From assembly GCA_036867785.1 (NCBI GenBank), contig CP145412.1:1054001-1118000 (forward strand): 64,000 bases of DNA, read 5' to 3'. Position 1 is the first letter of the stretch, and each line of letters opens with the position of its first letter. Below the pieces are notes generated by a model. It made no database searches. It had not been told where the DNA came from and worked only from the letters and a program-made list of their open reading frames with translations. Shown one piece after another: positions 1 through 13,914 of this stretch. The position numbers and the translations under genes are program-made. The DNA is from Plasmodiophora brassicae. Lineage: Eukaryota.

Positions 1-1043
1 GGGACGGTCTATCCACACGTCTCAGATTCTGACCGATTCCACAGTGTTCATGGCGGGCAGGTTCAGGAACTGTGTCAGCACCTGCGTGACAAGGCGCCAG
101 TGCTGCGCCACGATGATTCGGACGAGCGTGTCAAACTGCATGGTGTGCGCCGACGTGAACTGACGAAAGGCGTCTCTCGGCAGCAGGACACATCGCGCTG
201 GGCCATGCGCCGCTCTTGCCGACAGCTCATGGGTTGAACTCGAATCACTAACGCAGGCATTAGTCGCGGGTAACGGAAAGACAGTGATTCGTTTCGGCAT
301 CGCACCTGAACAGACTGTAGGGACAGATGTCGTCACCACTCGTCAGCTCGTACAGAGTCGTCTCTGATGGCACCCGAATAGGTACCGGTTAGCCAACTCT
401 GTTGTGAAGCGGCACAGCGATACGTGACCGACCTTGCTTGCCAGCGTCAGGCGTGATAATCTCGATGACACCACTAACAACGATGAACATGCCCTGGTCG
501 GCCGAGTCGCCTGTCTTGAACAGATACTGCCCTTCGGCCAGGTCGATCGGTTGCATGGTGGCATGCAATTCGGCGAACGCGTCGCGGTCCAAGGCGGTAA
601 ACAGTTTGGTATTCCCATATACGTCCTGGTCGCCAGCGACTTCAATGGTCTCGTCACCCACGTGAATCTCCTGCTGCCAATCGGACACATGCGACTGGTT
701 GCTTGGGCTCTGTGTCGCAGTTAACGACATTGCTTGCCATGTGTTTCAACTCGTAGCGACGCATACCGGCCGGACGTAAGCCAGGTAGTCGACTGAAATG
801 TCGCGAGTCAGCTGCCTCGCATGACTGCGCTTCATGTGACGCTGCATGGCCTGTTATGCAGGTCTCGTTAATATGTTTGGCGCTAGCATCGTATCCGTAT
901 GGGGGTACCCATCGCACGATAATGATGAGCATGATGATCGACGAAGCGATAGCCGGCTTGCGGCGCCGCTTGCGGTTCCATGTACGGCCGCTCTCGAATA
1001 GCCGATGGATGTCGCTCCAATACCGAGACATCATGGCGCCCAT
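1..1043 (-). CDS. 5' part of a cyclic-nucleotide-binding-domain protein, probably neuropathy target esterase / NTE1 (PNPLA6-like); multi-exon, continues beyond window start
   Basis: N-terminal hydrophobic segment (IASSIIMLIIIVR), then a cNMP-binding fold (LFTALDRDAFAEL...LAEGQYLFKTGDSADQGMFIVVSGVIEI) and the helix TLVRIIVAQHWRLVTQVLTQFL, which resembles the NTE post-cNMP helix. No patatin domain is visible in the window. Confidence 0.6.
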
Positions 1044-1494
1044 GTCGACAAGCCGGCCGCCTATACGGGCAGCTTCCGAGCGCCCGACGAAGCGGTACAC
1101 CGCTATTGATCCCAACCGCATCGTACGGCCGCCGATCACCCGATCATCGAGCGCCCACCCCGACACACGGCCAGCCTATCCAGAACAATTCTGGTTTCCC
1201 GACCCTGGCCGCGACCCGGGCACGTGCCCATTTGTGCCCAGCCGCGACTCGTTGACCAGCGTGTCGGAATGGGACGGAATAATGGCCACCGTCATGTCGT
1301 CCTGATGCACGACTTCGGCGACTACCGAAATGTCCAATGTGCAGCAAAATGGCAGGCGAGGCCGAGGTGCGAGACTGTGGATGACGAAGAACCTTGTCAA
1401 TGGGATGGACGCGTGTCTGCAGATGGAGGATGTTCTGGAAGGAAGGTGGGGATGAAAGTCCGCAGTGTGGGTGGGTGGGTGTCTGTGTCTGTCG

Positions 1495-2709
1495 ATGGCG
1501 GGCGCCTGTTGGCGATTGCACCTGCGGGATATCTTGGAGTACATTGGACCGACCAGGGAGTTGTCGATTGTGGCCAGGACGTGTAAGTTATGGCGGAGTC
1601 TGTGCGAGGCCATCCTCGGGCGGCGCGACGTATTCGTGGACTGTTTCTCGTCGTCGTTGAAATACTACGACCCGCGGTATCGCGCCTGGTACAATGTTGA
1701 TACGGAATCGCCCACAAGTAATCCACTGGCCTTGCTGCTCGCTGAGGACGTTATCACCGTCGTCGACACGCACGACCTGATCGTACGCCAGTATTTGCCT
1801 GTTGACCGGACGTGGATAACGATAACCCCTGTGGCGTCGAGTTGTGGCCCATCTGGCATCACCCACTTCTCCTGCTGCCACTGGCGAGGCAATATCTTCG
1901 TACGTACTGTGGATGCTGTTGACGTGTTGCTCCTACTGACTGGATTGTCGGGTACAGTTTTCCGGTGGTCGTCACGTCGATACGGACGACCCCACTGCAC
2001 ACGTCTGGAGGTTCAACCTGGAATCCAGGACCTGGCGCCAGCTTCCAGCGTTACCGATTGCGTTTGTATCCTCCGTATCTGCTGTTATGCCGAACGCAGC
2101 TGGCCAACACTGCCTGGTTGTCATTGGAAGCACAATCGACCAGGTGGACGTGCAGTCGCTCGGCTTTGCACTGGATCTGTCGCCACGTGGTATTGCAGAA
2201 TGGCAGCCGTTACCGGCGCCTCCATCGTTCGTCCTTCGATTTAATTCGCGATGCGTCCTTCGTACTCCCACCCGGCTCGTTATTGGCATGTGGACAGATG
2301 CGAGACAGTTGCGGACGCAACGATTCTCACTGATCGAATTCGATTCGGTAGCTGGGAAGTGGTTACCCATGTACCCGATACCACCCGCACCTTATGTGAG
2401 CTACCGGCGATGTTAATGAGGAACATGCCGCCTAATCCTGGGTGTAGATATTCCCCGCTTTAGTAACGAAGCAAATCGCTGCATTAGCTCTCGACCAGAT
2501 GGGCACGTACGTTTCCCAGGAGTCAACTCGTTGAATAGTGCCGGCTGAAGAATGTGCTGTTGTCTAGGTTGATTTCACTCGAATACAGCGACGGAAGGAA
2601 GTCGTGGACGGTTGATCGACCGCCTGCTGGAACGGCGACTGCATTCTCGTTGTTATTGGGCGCTCCATTGACGTCTATTCGAGCGACCGAAATAAACGGC
2701 AATGTTTGA
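1495..2709 (+). CDS. F-box protein with kelch-like/beta-propeller C-terminus, multi-exon
   Basis: F-box-like LRDILEYIG..RELSIVARTCKLWRSLC at the N-terminus. Repeated (Y/F)D..x..W units (YDPRYRAW, YLPVDRTW, FDSVAGKW, YSDGRKSW) lie across exons separated by short introns. Confidence 0.65.
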
Positions 2710-3053
2710 CACGCTCAAAGTTGTCCTTCCTTAGAGTAACCGCCGTATATATCACGCGAGGCCTACCTGGGGAACTCTGAGGCTAGCGCGAAGAAGTCCA
2801 CGTCATGCAACCGCCCGCGAACAGTCTGATGGATCGTTCATGTGCAGCTCCGTTTGACCTGTTGCGACCGCGTTTCCGTCGTAATCGCCAACAAGGTCGG
2901 TACGATTGTCACCCGACGGGAACGCCCTGCCCTACTGTAAGTCGCAGAATAAGAGATGGGACGCTCGAGATCAAGACGTAGCTTGGACAATGGTCAATAA
3001 TAAACAGCACAATTGTGGTAGGTTGCTCTATTGTTTGCTTAGATTTACAACAG

Positions 3054-4358
3054 CTAGATGGGCCCTTTTACCAACCGATCGCCGCCATCAGTGGTGGCCT
3101 TCGCATCCGCCTGCGCCTCTGTCACCAAGACAGTAAACTGGCCTTTAGCATCGCCGCCACCCATCGTCTGCTCGATTTCATCGAACGGGTTCGGCATCGC
3201 GGCGGCCGCCGCACTCGCCGGCTTCGCTTGCGAGTCGGAGTCAGGTTGCTGCTGCACGTCAGCCGCCGCCTCCTCCTTAAATGCTCTCACGTCGCTGGGA
3301 GAGAAGACCCATGAGGTGACCACGTTGGCAGACTTCTCCTCGGAGCTGTACGCCTGCGACACGCTTACGGACGAATTTCGTGATCGTCGAACGAGCGAAT
3401 CGGCACTGAGTTTCGGCATGGGGATCTGCGAGAGCAGTGCGTCGACGACATACTGGTTCTTCTTGGCCAACTTGAAGAACTTGTTCTGGAGCAGCTTCTC
3501 GGCAGTCGGTCGCTTCGTCGGGTCCTTCTTCAGGCACGAGGCGATCATGGCCTTGAAAGTTCGCGAAAACTTCTTCTGGTTGTCTTCGTACACGCTGCAT
3601 GTCGGCGGCTCTTCTTGCAGCGTCAGTATCATGACCTTCATGGGCTGGTAATGGGAATATGGCGGCCTGCCATATGCTAGCTCAAGGGCCGTTATGCCAA
3701 ACGACCATATGTCCGCCTTCTGATCGTATCCAGAGGTCTGCTCCATGACCTCGGGCGCCATCCAGCACGGCGTTCCGACGAACGTCTTCCTCGACTTCCG
3801 CCGGTCACCTGATTCGACAAGGGTCCCTGCCACACCAAAGTCGGCGATCTGGATCTGCCCGTCAACGGAGATAAGAATGTTGCCCGCCTTAATGTCGCGA
3901 TGAATGCGACCGTCCTTGTGCAGGTATTCGAGACCTTGCAGGGCCTCCTTCAGAATCGTGGCGATGAGGACTTCATCATCAAACCCTTTCTGGAAGTTCC
4001 GCTTCATAATGTCGGCACAGCTCCCTCCAGCCAGAAGCGGCATGACGAGCCAGATCTCTCGGTCGACGACAAACGAGCACAAGCATCGCACGACATTAGG
4101 GTGGTTCAGCAGGCCCATCACGGCGATCTCCTTGCGAATCTCCTCCCAGGACGTGTCCAGCTCCTCCAGGTCGAGGATCTTGATGGCGACATGCTCATCA
4201 GTAGCCTTGCAGTACGCAAGGAACACAGTTGCGAATGCGCCTTTGCCGAGCTCGGCCTTCAGCTCGTACGCGTCCGGATGCGTCGGATACACGACGCCGG
4301 GCAGCGGTGCCAAGGAGGCGCTCGCACCTGACACTGCCGTCGCCAGCGACCGCGCCAT
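3054..4358 (-). CDS. STE20-family Ser/Thr kinase, OSR1/SPAK (FRAY/GCK-VI)-like; single long ORF
   Basis: GKGAFATV, VAIK, HRDIKAGN, DFG, TFVGTPCWMAPEVMEQ, YDQKADIWSFGITALELAYG; ATG at 4358. Confidence 0.93.
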   Translation of the reverse strand: MARSLATAVSGASASLAPLPGVVYPTHPDAYELKAELGKGAFATVFLAYCKATDEHVAIKILDLEELDTSWEEIRKEIAVMGLLNHPNVVRCLCSFVVDREIWLVMPLLAGGSCADIMKRNFQKGFDDEVLIATILKEALQGLEYLHKDGRIHRDIKAGNILISVDGQIQIADFGVAGTLVESGDRRKSRKTFVGTPCWMAPEVMEQTSGYDQKADIWSFGITALELAYGRPPYSHYQPMKVMILTLQEEPPTCSVYEDNQKKFSRTFKAMIASCLKKDPTKRPTAEKLLQNKFFKLAKKNQYVVDALLSQIPMPKLSADSLVRRSRNSSVSVSQAYSSEEKSANVVTSWVFSPSDVRAFKEEAAADVQQQPDSDSQAKPASAAAAAMPNPFDEIEQTMGGGDAKGQFTVLVTEAQADAKATTDGGDRLVKGPI

Positions 4359-5036
4359 TCCGCTGCCCACCGACGCGATCCGCGGCCGTCGACCTGACTG
4401 GCAGCACGAAGTTGAATTCGCTCAGGTATGGCGCGACCCGTAGCTCCAAAACAACACTGCGCCACTGAACGGTCCAACCCCGCACCGTTTTGGCTGGATG
4501 TTCCACTCGCTCGTCCGGCTATTTCTGCGGTTGGGGCCTGGTGTGTTTGCAGCCAGCCAGCAGACGCGCATATCATTTTATGGAACATGCAAGACGTACG
4601 CGTGCCGTAATTTCTCTGCAACAACCCCAGAGGTAATAATGGCTAGCGAAACGGGTAGCATTGATTGCAGCCAATCAACCGCCTGCTGAATGGATGGCGG
4701 TTATCGACGGGGCGGCGCCGCTCGGTTATTCGAACTCGCCGTCCGTTAGCCGACCCACACCTGTCTGCCGGGCAGTCCCGGACCGCGGGGACCGTCGTCG
4801 CATTTCGCGTCGGTTCTGCTGTCGGGTCAATATACGTAGCGACAGCGCCCTCGAGCCACGACGCTCGACTGTGCCGAATACCGACGCATGAAGTGCCATT
4901 TCTGGAGCAACCGAGCTCCAAAGGGCAAAGCACAAGCCAGTCAGTGGTCTTGCGGCGTGCCCGTAAAGGGTCGGGGGCCACGTATTTTTGCAACGTGTCA
5001 GTATTGTCTCGAAGTATCGACTGTTGGCCGTCGTCA

Positions 5037-7135
5037 ATGACTCGGAAGCCGGAATGGAGGTGCTCTACGAATCATGTGGCGGCGTGCCGTATCGCGCTGT
5101 TGACGCATATGCCTTAGGTTCGGGAAACCGGGCGTGCTTGACAACATCCTCGGGCACATCGGCGGGACGCCCATTGTCCGCCTGAACAAGATTGGGAAGG
5201 CGGATGGCGTGCAGTGCGAACTTCGTAAGCGTTGCCCCGGTTTCCAACGGCGACTTGCCTGACAAGCCACGAATCAGTCGCCAAATGTGAGTTCTTCAAT
5301 GCTGGAGGGTCCATCAAGGACAGAATTGGCCTGCGCATGGTCGAGGATGCCGAGAAGTCGGGTCGGATAAAGCCGGGAGACACACTTATTGAGCCCACGT
5401 CAGGGAATACTGGTATCGGCCTTGCCCTGGCAGCCGCCATCAAAGGTACACCCTGCACCTGTTTCGGTATCCAAACGGATCTGATTGTAGGCTCGCAGGC
5501 TACAGAATGATCATCACGATGCCTGAGAAGATGAGCCAAGAAAAAGTGTGCCCTTGTCTCTGCCATGCGATATCAGTTCGTCTGACACCGCGCTGTGTAG
5601 GTTAATATTCTGAAGGCCCTCGGAGCTGAAATTATTCGAACACCAACTGAAGCAGCCTGGGATTCTCCAGAATCCCATATTGGTGTAGCGCAACGCCTTC
5701 AGAAGGAAATTGAGAACAGTCACATTCTTGACCAGTACAAGTGGGTAGCCATGCCATGCGTGGACGTGCACCATTGGATGTTGATTTATGACGCAGGAAT
5801 CCGTCCAATCCACTGGCTCATTACGAAGGAACAGCTGAAGAGATATACCTGCAGTGTCAAGGTCAACTCGATATGATTGTTGTAGCTGCCGGAACAGGTG
5901 CGTCTGTGGGCCGTTTTGATTCAGCTTCTAATACGTCCCACAGGTGGAACGATTGCTGGTGTCAGCAAACGCTTGAAGGAGCTGCTACCCAACATCATCG
6001 TTGTGGGTGTTGACCCAATCGGGTCAATTTTAGCCCAGCCCGAGTCCTTGAATGGGCCGATCACGTCATACCAGGTTCCATTTTGAACGCCATTGTCTGT
6101 CTGGTACTAATTGTGACAATGGGCAGGTGGAAGGTATCGGTTACGATTTCGTACCCGACGTCCTCGACAGAAGTCACATCGATTTCTGGGTGAAAACGGA
6201 GGACCCCGCTTCACTGCGCATGGCCAGACGTCTTATTCGAGAAGAAGGCTTACTGTGCGGAGGCTCTTCTGGTGCTAGCACATTCGCTGCGGTCCAGGTT
6301 CGCATACAAACATTGTTCTTAACCTCTGTTCTGCGCAGTTCTTACATGAGCGTCGTAGGCGGCAAAGCAGCTGAAACCCGGCCAGCGTTGCCTCGTCCTT
6401 CTTGCGGACTCGATTCGTAACTACATGAGCAAGCATCTCAGTGACGACTGGATGGCTGAACACGATTTTCTTGACGCCGACACGCTGGAGTCGAACTTAA
6501 AGTTGAGCTGGTGGTCGGAGAAACGGGTAGGCCGTGTTCCCCATACCGTTGGTTGTTCCTGATGGAACCATGAAAGGTATCGGACCTGGACCTTAACACT
6601 CCAATGACGGCGTTACCGACAATGACGTGCAAAGATGCTGTTCAACTTATGCATGTCCGTGTATGCATTGCATCGTGCATCCTTCCATTGATATTGTCGC
6701 AGGACCATGGATTCGACCAGCTGCCGGTCGTCAACAACGAAAACGAAGTGCTCGGCATGATCACCGAAGGGAACCTGATGAGCCAGCTCAGTTCAGGTCG
6801 TGTCCGCTCATCGTCCCCAATATCTGACGTTATCTGTATGCTCGATCGTATCCCCAGGCTATGGCTCTCAAGGCTGAAACTTCTTTGCAGACCGCAGGTT
6901 CAAGCAGATCAAGCTAGACACGAAGTTGCGAACGCTTTCAAAAGTGTTCGAGACGCATCACTTCGTACTTGTCGTAACAACCCAGAAGTGTGCCTCTAGC
7001 CATAACAAGGTGGCCGAGAAGACAGTCGTGTTCGGCGTTGTCACACGTATCGACCTGCTGAATTTCATTATGGGAGGGATCGATGGTAAGGGCCTGTCTC
7101 GGTCGCAGAGCCTGGTCATGGAACGGACGCCCTGA
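5037..7135 (+). CDS. CBS: Cystathionine beta-synthase with C-terminal CBS (Bateman) domain, multi-exon
   Basis: Spliced [31 protein letters not shown] (PLP lysine), [62 protein letters not shown]. Confidence 0.96.
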
Positions 7136-7557
7136 TGTTCTGCTGTGGCTTCGCCTCAGCCCCTGATACAACTGCCACCTTTTAGCTATGTGTCATGTTC
7201 AACTGAGACGCTGTTACGTACCGAACGTATTGCACTTAAGGACCGCCAGGAACAAAGTCTACCGGTTCGCGCTGTTGTGCGATGACCTGAGATCAATTCC
7301 GGCAGAGTTCAAGGGCCATCAGCGGCACCGTCAGATTAATCGCTAACGGGTGGCGTGACGTCACGTCCTGGATATCCGCTGTTGATCTGCCGGCACGAAA
7401 GCAACCGCCGACGCCCACAAGCAATTGAACGTTGGGTTAGAGACGCGGTTCCGCGCCCGTCCCACTTGCAGCGTTAGCTGGCCCATCGTGGCCCGCGATC
7501 ATTCCATCGCTTGAATTGCCGCCTAATCTCCAAACCGTAGACACCCGGCGCGCGCGT

Positions 7558-9015
7558 ATGGGCCAGTGCTCTTCTAAATCACCCGTGCCGATAACGCGCG
7601 ACACACAACTGATGGCAGCAGCAGGTAAAGGGACAGACATCGCCGCCAAGTTCGGCGTTCGACAGTGCTCGCCATGGGACGCGTACGATCGTCGCAACGC
7701 GCTTGGCGAGGGTGGCTTCTCTAAAATCTACCGGGTGCGTCACCGTCATACCAGCAAGCAGTATGCCATCAAGGTCCTCGACAAGGCACAGAAACACTCC
7801 CGCGACACGTTCTTCGTCGAGGTCAAGCTGCTCACGGCTCTGGACCACAAGAACATCATCTCGGTGTACGAGACGTTCGAGGACAAACACGCGTATTACA
7901 TCGTCCTCGAGCTGATGCATGGCAAAGACCTGTTCGACGTCCTCGACGCGAAGCGGGACGTGTTCCCGGAGGCCACCGCCGCGAAGCTCATCCGCTCCAT
8001 GGCCGATGCCGTCCGCTTCTGCCACGACCGAAACATCGTGCACCTCGACCTCAAACCGGAGAACTTCGTGTTCGCCCGCTCCGATGACATTGACCGGCTG
8101 GTCCTGGTCGACTTCGGTCTCGGGCGACTGGTGCGCCCCGATGCTCATTACCGGGACCGTGTCGGTTCGATGCAGTACATCGCACCCGAGATGATCGACG
8201 AGAACAGCGTCTGCACGGGTACTATGCTGAAGGCGTGCGACATGTGGTCATTGGGCGTCATCCTGTATATCCTTGTGACCGGGTTGATCCCGTTCAGCAA
8301 CTGGGACGAGGTCAAGACTGGGCGGCTGCGACTGTCCAAGTCGATGTCGAAGGAGCTTCGCGATCTGCTCAAGTCGCTGCTGACTCGCGATACGTTCAAG
8401 CGGATTACTGCCGCTGAGCTGTTGACCCACCCTTGGCTAGCCATGATGGAGGACATCGGAAACAACCCGATGTACAAAGCCGTTCGTGCTGGCGCCGCCT
8501 TTCTGACGGGCCGCAAGAAAGCAACGTCGCCGATGCTCGTTGCTCTTATCGACGCCCTGAAGCCGGTTGTCCTCGTGGAGGACAGGCACGAACTCGAGGG
8601 CCTTGTGGCGCATTTCGATGCCGATAATGACGGCGTACTGAACGACGACGAGTTTGCATCGCTCCTCTCGGATGACTCGGAGAGCGGGCCTGCGTCGTTA
8701 TCGGCCATCAAGAAGGCGCTGACGATGCTGCCGAATAGCCAGTACAGGGAAGAAGCTGGCTTCACATTGAACGACCTCGTCCTGCTGGCGGCTGTGGGGA
8801 TGCTCATCCTGAACACGTCGTCAAGCAGGAAACGCGTCGGGTTGGCTGTTGGGCAGAAGAAACCGAGGGGGATGATTACCAAAGGCGAAGTGGAGCACAC
8901 GCTGAGGAGCGTCGATACCGCCACCATTTCCGCCGTATTCCGCGAGGCGCCGGTTCAAGAGCGTCGCAAAGTCCTACCTGTAGACGTGTTCGTCGCCGCT
9001 GTCCTCGATCGCTGA
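7558..9015 (+). CDS. CDPK/CaMK-like kinase with N-terminal acylation motif and degenerate EF-hand domain; intronless
   Basis: MGQCSSK start; GEGGFS, AIK, HLDLKPEN, DFG, YIAPE, CDMWSLG; EF-loop DADNDGVLNDDE. Confidence 0.9.
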   Translation: MGQCSSKSPVPITRDTQLMAAAGKGTDIAAKFGVRQCSPWDAYDRRNALGEGGFSKIYRVRHRHTSKQYAIKVLDKAQKHSRDTFFVEVKLLTALDHKNIISVYETFEDKHAYYIVLELMHGKDLFDVLDAKRDVFPEATAAKLIRSMADAVRFCHDRNIVHLDLKPENFVFARSDDIDRLVLVDFGLGRLVRPDAHYRDRVGSMQYIAPEMIDENSVCTGTMLKACDMWSLGVILYILVTGLIPFSNWDEVKTGRLRLSKSMSKELRDLLKSLLTRDTFKRITAAELLTHPWLAMMEDIGNNPMYKAVRAGAAFLTGRKKATSPMLVALIDALKPVVLVEDRHELEGLVAHFDADNDGVLNDDEFASLLSDDSESGPASLSAIKKALTMLPNSQYREEAGFTLNDLVLLAAVGMLILNTSSSRKRVGLAVGQKKPRGMITKGEVEHTLRSVDTATISAVFREAPVQERRKVLPVDVFVAAVLDR

Positions 9016-9169
9016 CAGTCATAAACTGCTTCATTGCTGAGCCTACGCCGACTAGGTGGCAGCACTGGCTCAACTCTCGTCAGGCAATCTCGACCTTCGA
9101 CACTAATTGGCAAGTCGTGGTGGAGCGCAACACAGAACTGTTTTAACGACGTTTCTCAGACGATTCACC

Positions 9170-9406
9170 CTACTGGGGAGTGGCACCTGACTTGACAGAC
9201 AGGGCGGCGAGACGTTTGGTCTTATCTTGCAAGGAGATTTGCAAGACCTGGACCTCGGCGAGCTGCGGAGTCACACTACCGTAGCCGTTGCTCATCTGAG
9301 CGGCGATCTCGGACAGCTTGACCTTTAGCGTCGCCTCGAGCGCCTTGATCGACGACTGCAGCTCGAACTCGGACGTGTCCGTCGCCGAGACGATTGGGGT
9401 TGCCAT
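9170..9406 (-). CDS. Small (78 aa) coiled-coil hypothetical protein
   Basis: ATG in GCCATGG context; amphipathic helices ELQSSIKALEATLKVKLSEIAAQM and LAEVQVLQISLQDKTKRLAAL. Confidence 0.55.
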   Translation of the reverse strand: MATPIVSATDTSEFELQSSIKALEATLKVKLSEIAAQMSNGYGSVTPQLAEVQVLQISLQDKTKRLAALSVKSGATPQ

Positions 9407-9747
9407 GGCGCGGTCGTTAATTGAACTGTATGACGTCATTGCGGTGCGCAACGCTCCCTAACCAATCGACTAGTGAGTCAACGTGCGATCAGCCATACGT
9501 TTGTCGGCCGAACCGGACGAGGCGACCCCAAAGGCATAGGACGTTCCAGACGTTTCTGGACCGAGGCCGCACCGCTTCCTGGACCCGTCGCGTAAGCCTT
9601 GCTACCCACACGTTCTAGCGTCGACCGAACCGTACTCTCCAGCCAAGTGGCTGGCTACCCCGCGTCACACAAACACGCACGGACCCAGACACACACGACC
9701 GAACGCGGAATGCCACTCAGCGAACTGTTCCACTTTCGTCCGACGTG

Positions 9748-9882
9748 GGCGACGTGACTTGGGTCCCAAAAAATGGCTAACGTTACGAACGCGACCCGGG
9801 CGATCCACTGTGCACCGGGGGGTTCTGCCGTGACAGGCGACGTGACTTGGGCTTGGCTCTGGCGGCTGGCCACAAAAATGGC
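9748..9882. promoter_or_regulatory. Duplicated motif pair in the divergent intergenic region upstream of MCM5
   Basis: Exact 16-mer GGCGACGTGACTTGGG at 9748-9763 and 9836-9851, each followed by AAAAATGGC. Confidence 0.35.
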
Positions 9883-10267
9883 GAACCCGGCGGTCCGGCC
9901 GCGCGTGCGATATCAACGCCGACCGCGCGAGTCCAGAAACTAAAGACGACGCGACTCGACACAAATCGAGGCGTACCTAATGCAGCAATGCTACGTTGGG
10001 TTTAAGCAGCACTTTCATAATCTACGCGCCGCGTTACGGGACGATAGTGCTCCGCGGTCTCTGGCGGCCATCGTGATCCATGTTGGTCACCTTGAGCCTT
10101 TTCCTGGACGTGACTGCTGCGATGGGCGATGGCCATTGGCCCGGCGAATCGCCATTGGCAGCCCGGGGGTGGCCAAATCAGCGGGTCGCGGATTTTTGGC
10201 CAGCTCCGGGTTCCCACATCGACGGCATCAGCGTCATCGACGGCATAGGTGATCGTGGCGGTTGGCG

Positions 10268-12966
<2,699 letters not shown>

Positions 12967-12975
12967 GCGTATCTG

Positions 12976-13274
12976 TAATGATTTAAACCCCCTATCCATT
13001 ACTGTGCGCTTCCTGCTTGTCGTAGAATATTTACGTCTGCTTAGCACGGAGGACGCCCATTACAGCGGATGGTCCTGTGTATTATACTATAGAGCAGTCT
13101 TATAAAGGAATGGCATCAGCTGAGTGGGAGGTTGATCCCATTCCCTGATAAGACTGCTCTAAAGTACTACACCGGACCATCTCCCACTGTAGCGGGCGCC
13201 TTCTGCGCTACGCAGACGTACATGTTCTACGTCAAGCAAGAAGCGCATAATACTGAAGAGGGTTTAAATTATTA
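12976..13274. repeat. Long imperfect inverted repeat (arms ~12976-13120 and ~13131-13274, ~10-nt loop)
   Basis: The arms align as reverse complements over ~145 nt at roughly 80% identity by eye, e.g. TAGAGCAGTCTTAT / ATAAGACTGCTCTA and ATTTAAACCC / GGGTTTAAAT. Confidence 0.95.
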
Positions 13275-13730
13275 GAGTGGGAGGTCCATGAAGATCGGGT
13301 CGTCTAGGGTGCTGTTGGGCTCGTCCGCCACGGGTTCAGCATTCTCGAACGACGTGTCGCCCGCGTCCGGTGACCGTTTCCTCTTTGACGACGTTGCCCC
13401 AACATTCCCGTACTGTTTGGTTTCTCGCAGGTATGCCAGCAGGCCCTTCAGCGGGATGACCATATCGCGAAACCCGACACTGTTCAACGCCTCGATGATA
13501 TCGTCACCGGTCACCGTCTTGCGCTTCTCGGTCGTCAATCGCTCGCTGGCGACACTGGTGACGAAGCCGACGAATTCCGAAACGCATTCCTGGACGACCT
13601 CCTTGGCGTCGCGCGAGATCTTGGCCGACTCGGGCAGCTCCATACGCATCAGCCTATTGATGTTGGCGATCGGCAGCTGGCGATCGTGATCCCGGCCGAC
13701 CTCGACGACCTGCTGCGTGTCGTTCTCCAT
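13272..13730 (-). CDS. NFYB: Nuclear transcription factor Y subunit B (CBF-A/HAP3 histone fold); intronless
   Basis: DRQLPIANINRLMR..LPESAKISRDAKEVVQECVSEFVGFVTSVASE....EKRKTVTGDDIIEAL..VGF. Confidence 0.92.
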   Translation of the reverse strand: MENDTQQVVEVGRDHDRQLPIANINRLMRMELPESAKISRDAKEVVQECVSEFVGFVTSVASERLTTEKRKTVTGDDIIEALNSVGFRDMVIPLKGLLAYLRETKQYGNVGATSSKRKRSPDAGDTSFENAEPVADEPNSTLDDPIFMDLPL

Positions 13731-13914
13731 CTGCCAGCCCGTCGACGACTCGGCCGAGTTGCGCTACTGCGACCCGGAATTTGTCCGACGAGCAGCAACG
13801 TGACTGACAGATCCTGCCGAGCTGCACCGGAGAGGGGCACCAAAACCAGGTCGGGCTTCCGAGTCGCGGAACAAGTTGCCCCTGATTTTATTGTTGTCGG
13901 TGCCGCCGACTGCC

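Noticed and set aside
3058-4443. Long plus-strand ORFs opposite the STE20 kinase, and similar antisense ORFs opposite the CDPK, NF-YB, mannosidase and dynein genes
   Set aside because: Shadow ORFs expected in GC-rich coding DNA; the opposite strand carries the recognisable protein.
4600-4625. Similarity to 18483-18505 (both translate LQRNYGT on the minus strand)
   Set aside because: Only ~20 nt with mismatches and no flanking homology; compatible with chance.
7356-7363. TGACGTCA (CRE-like) palindromes here, at 9431 and at 28490
   Set aside because: An 8-mer seen three times in 64 kb, one of them inside the transposon end, is too weak to call without enrichment data.
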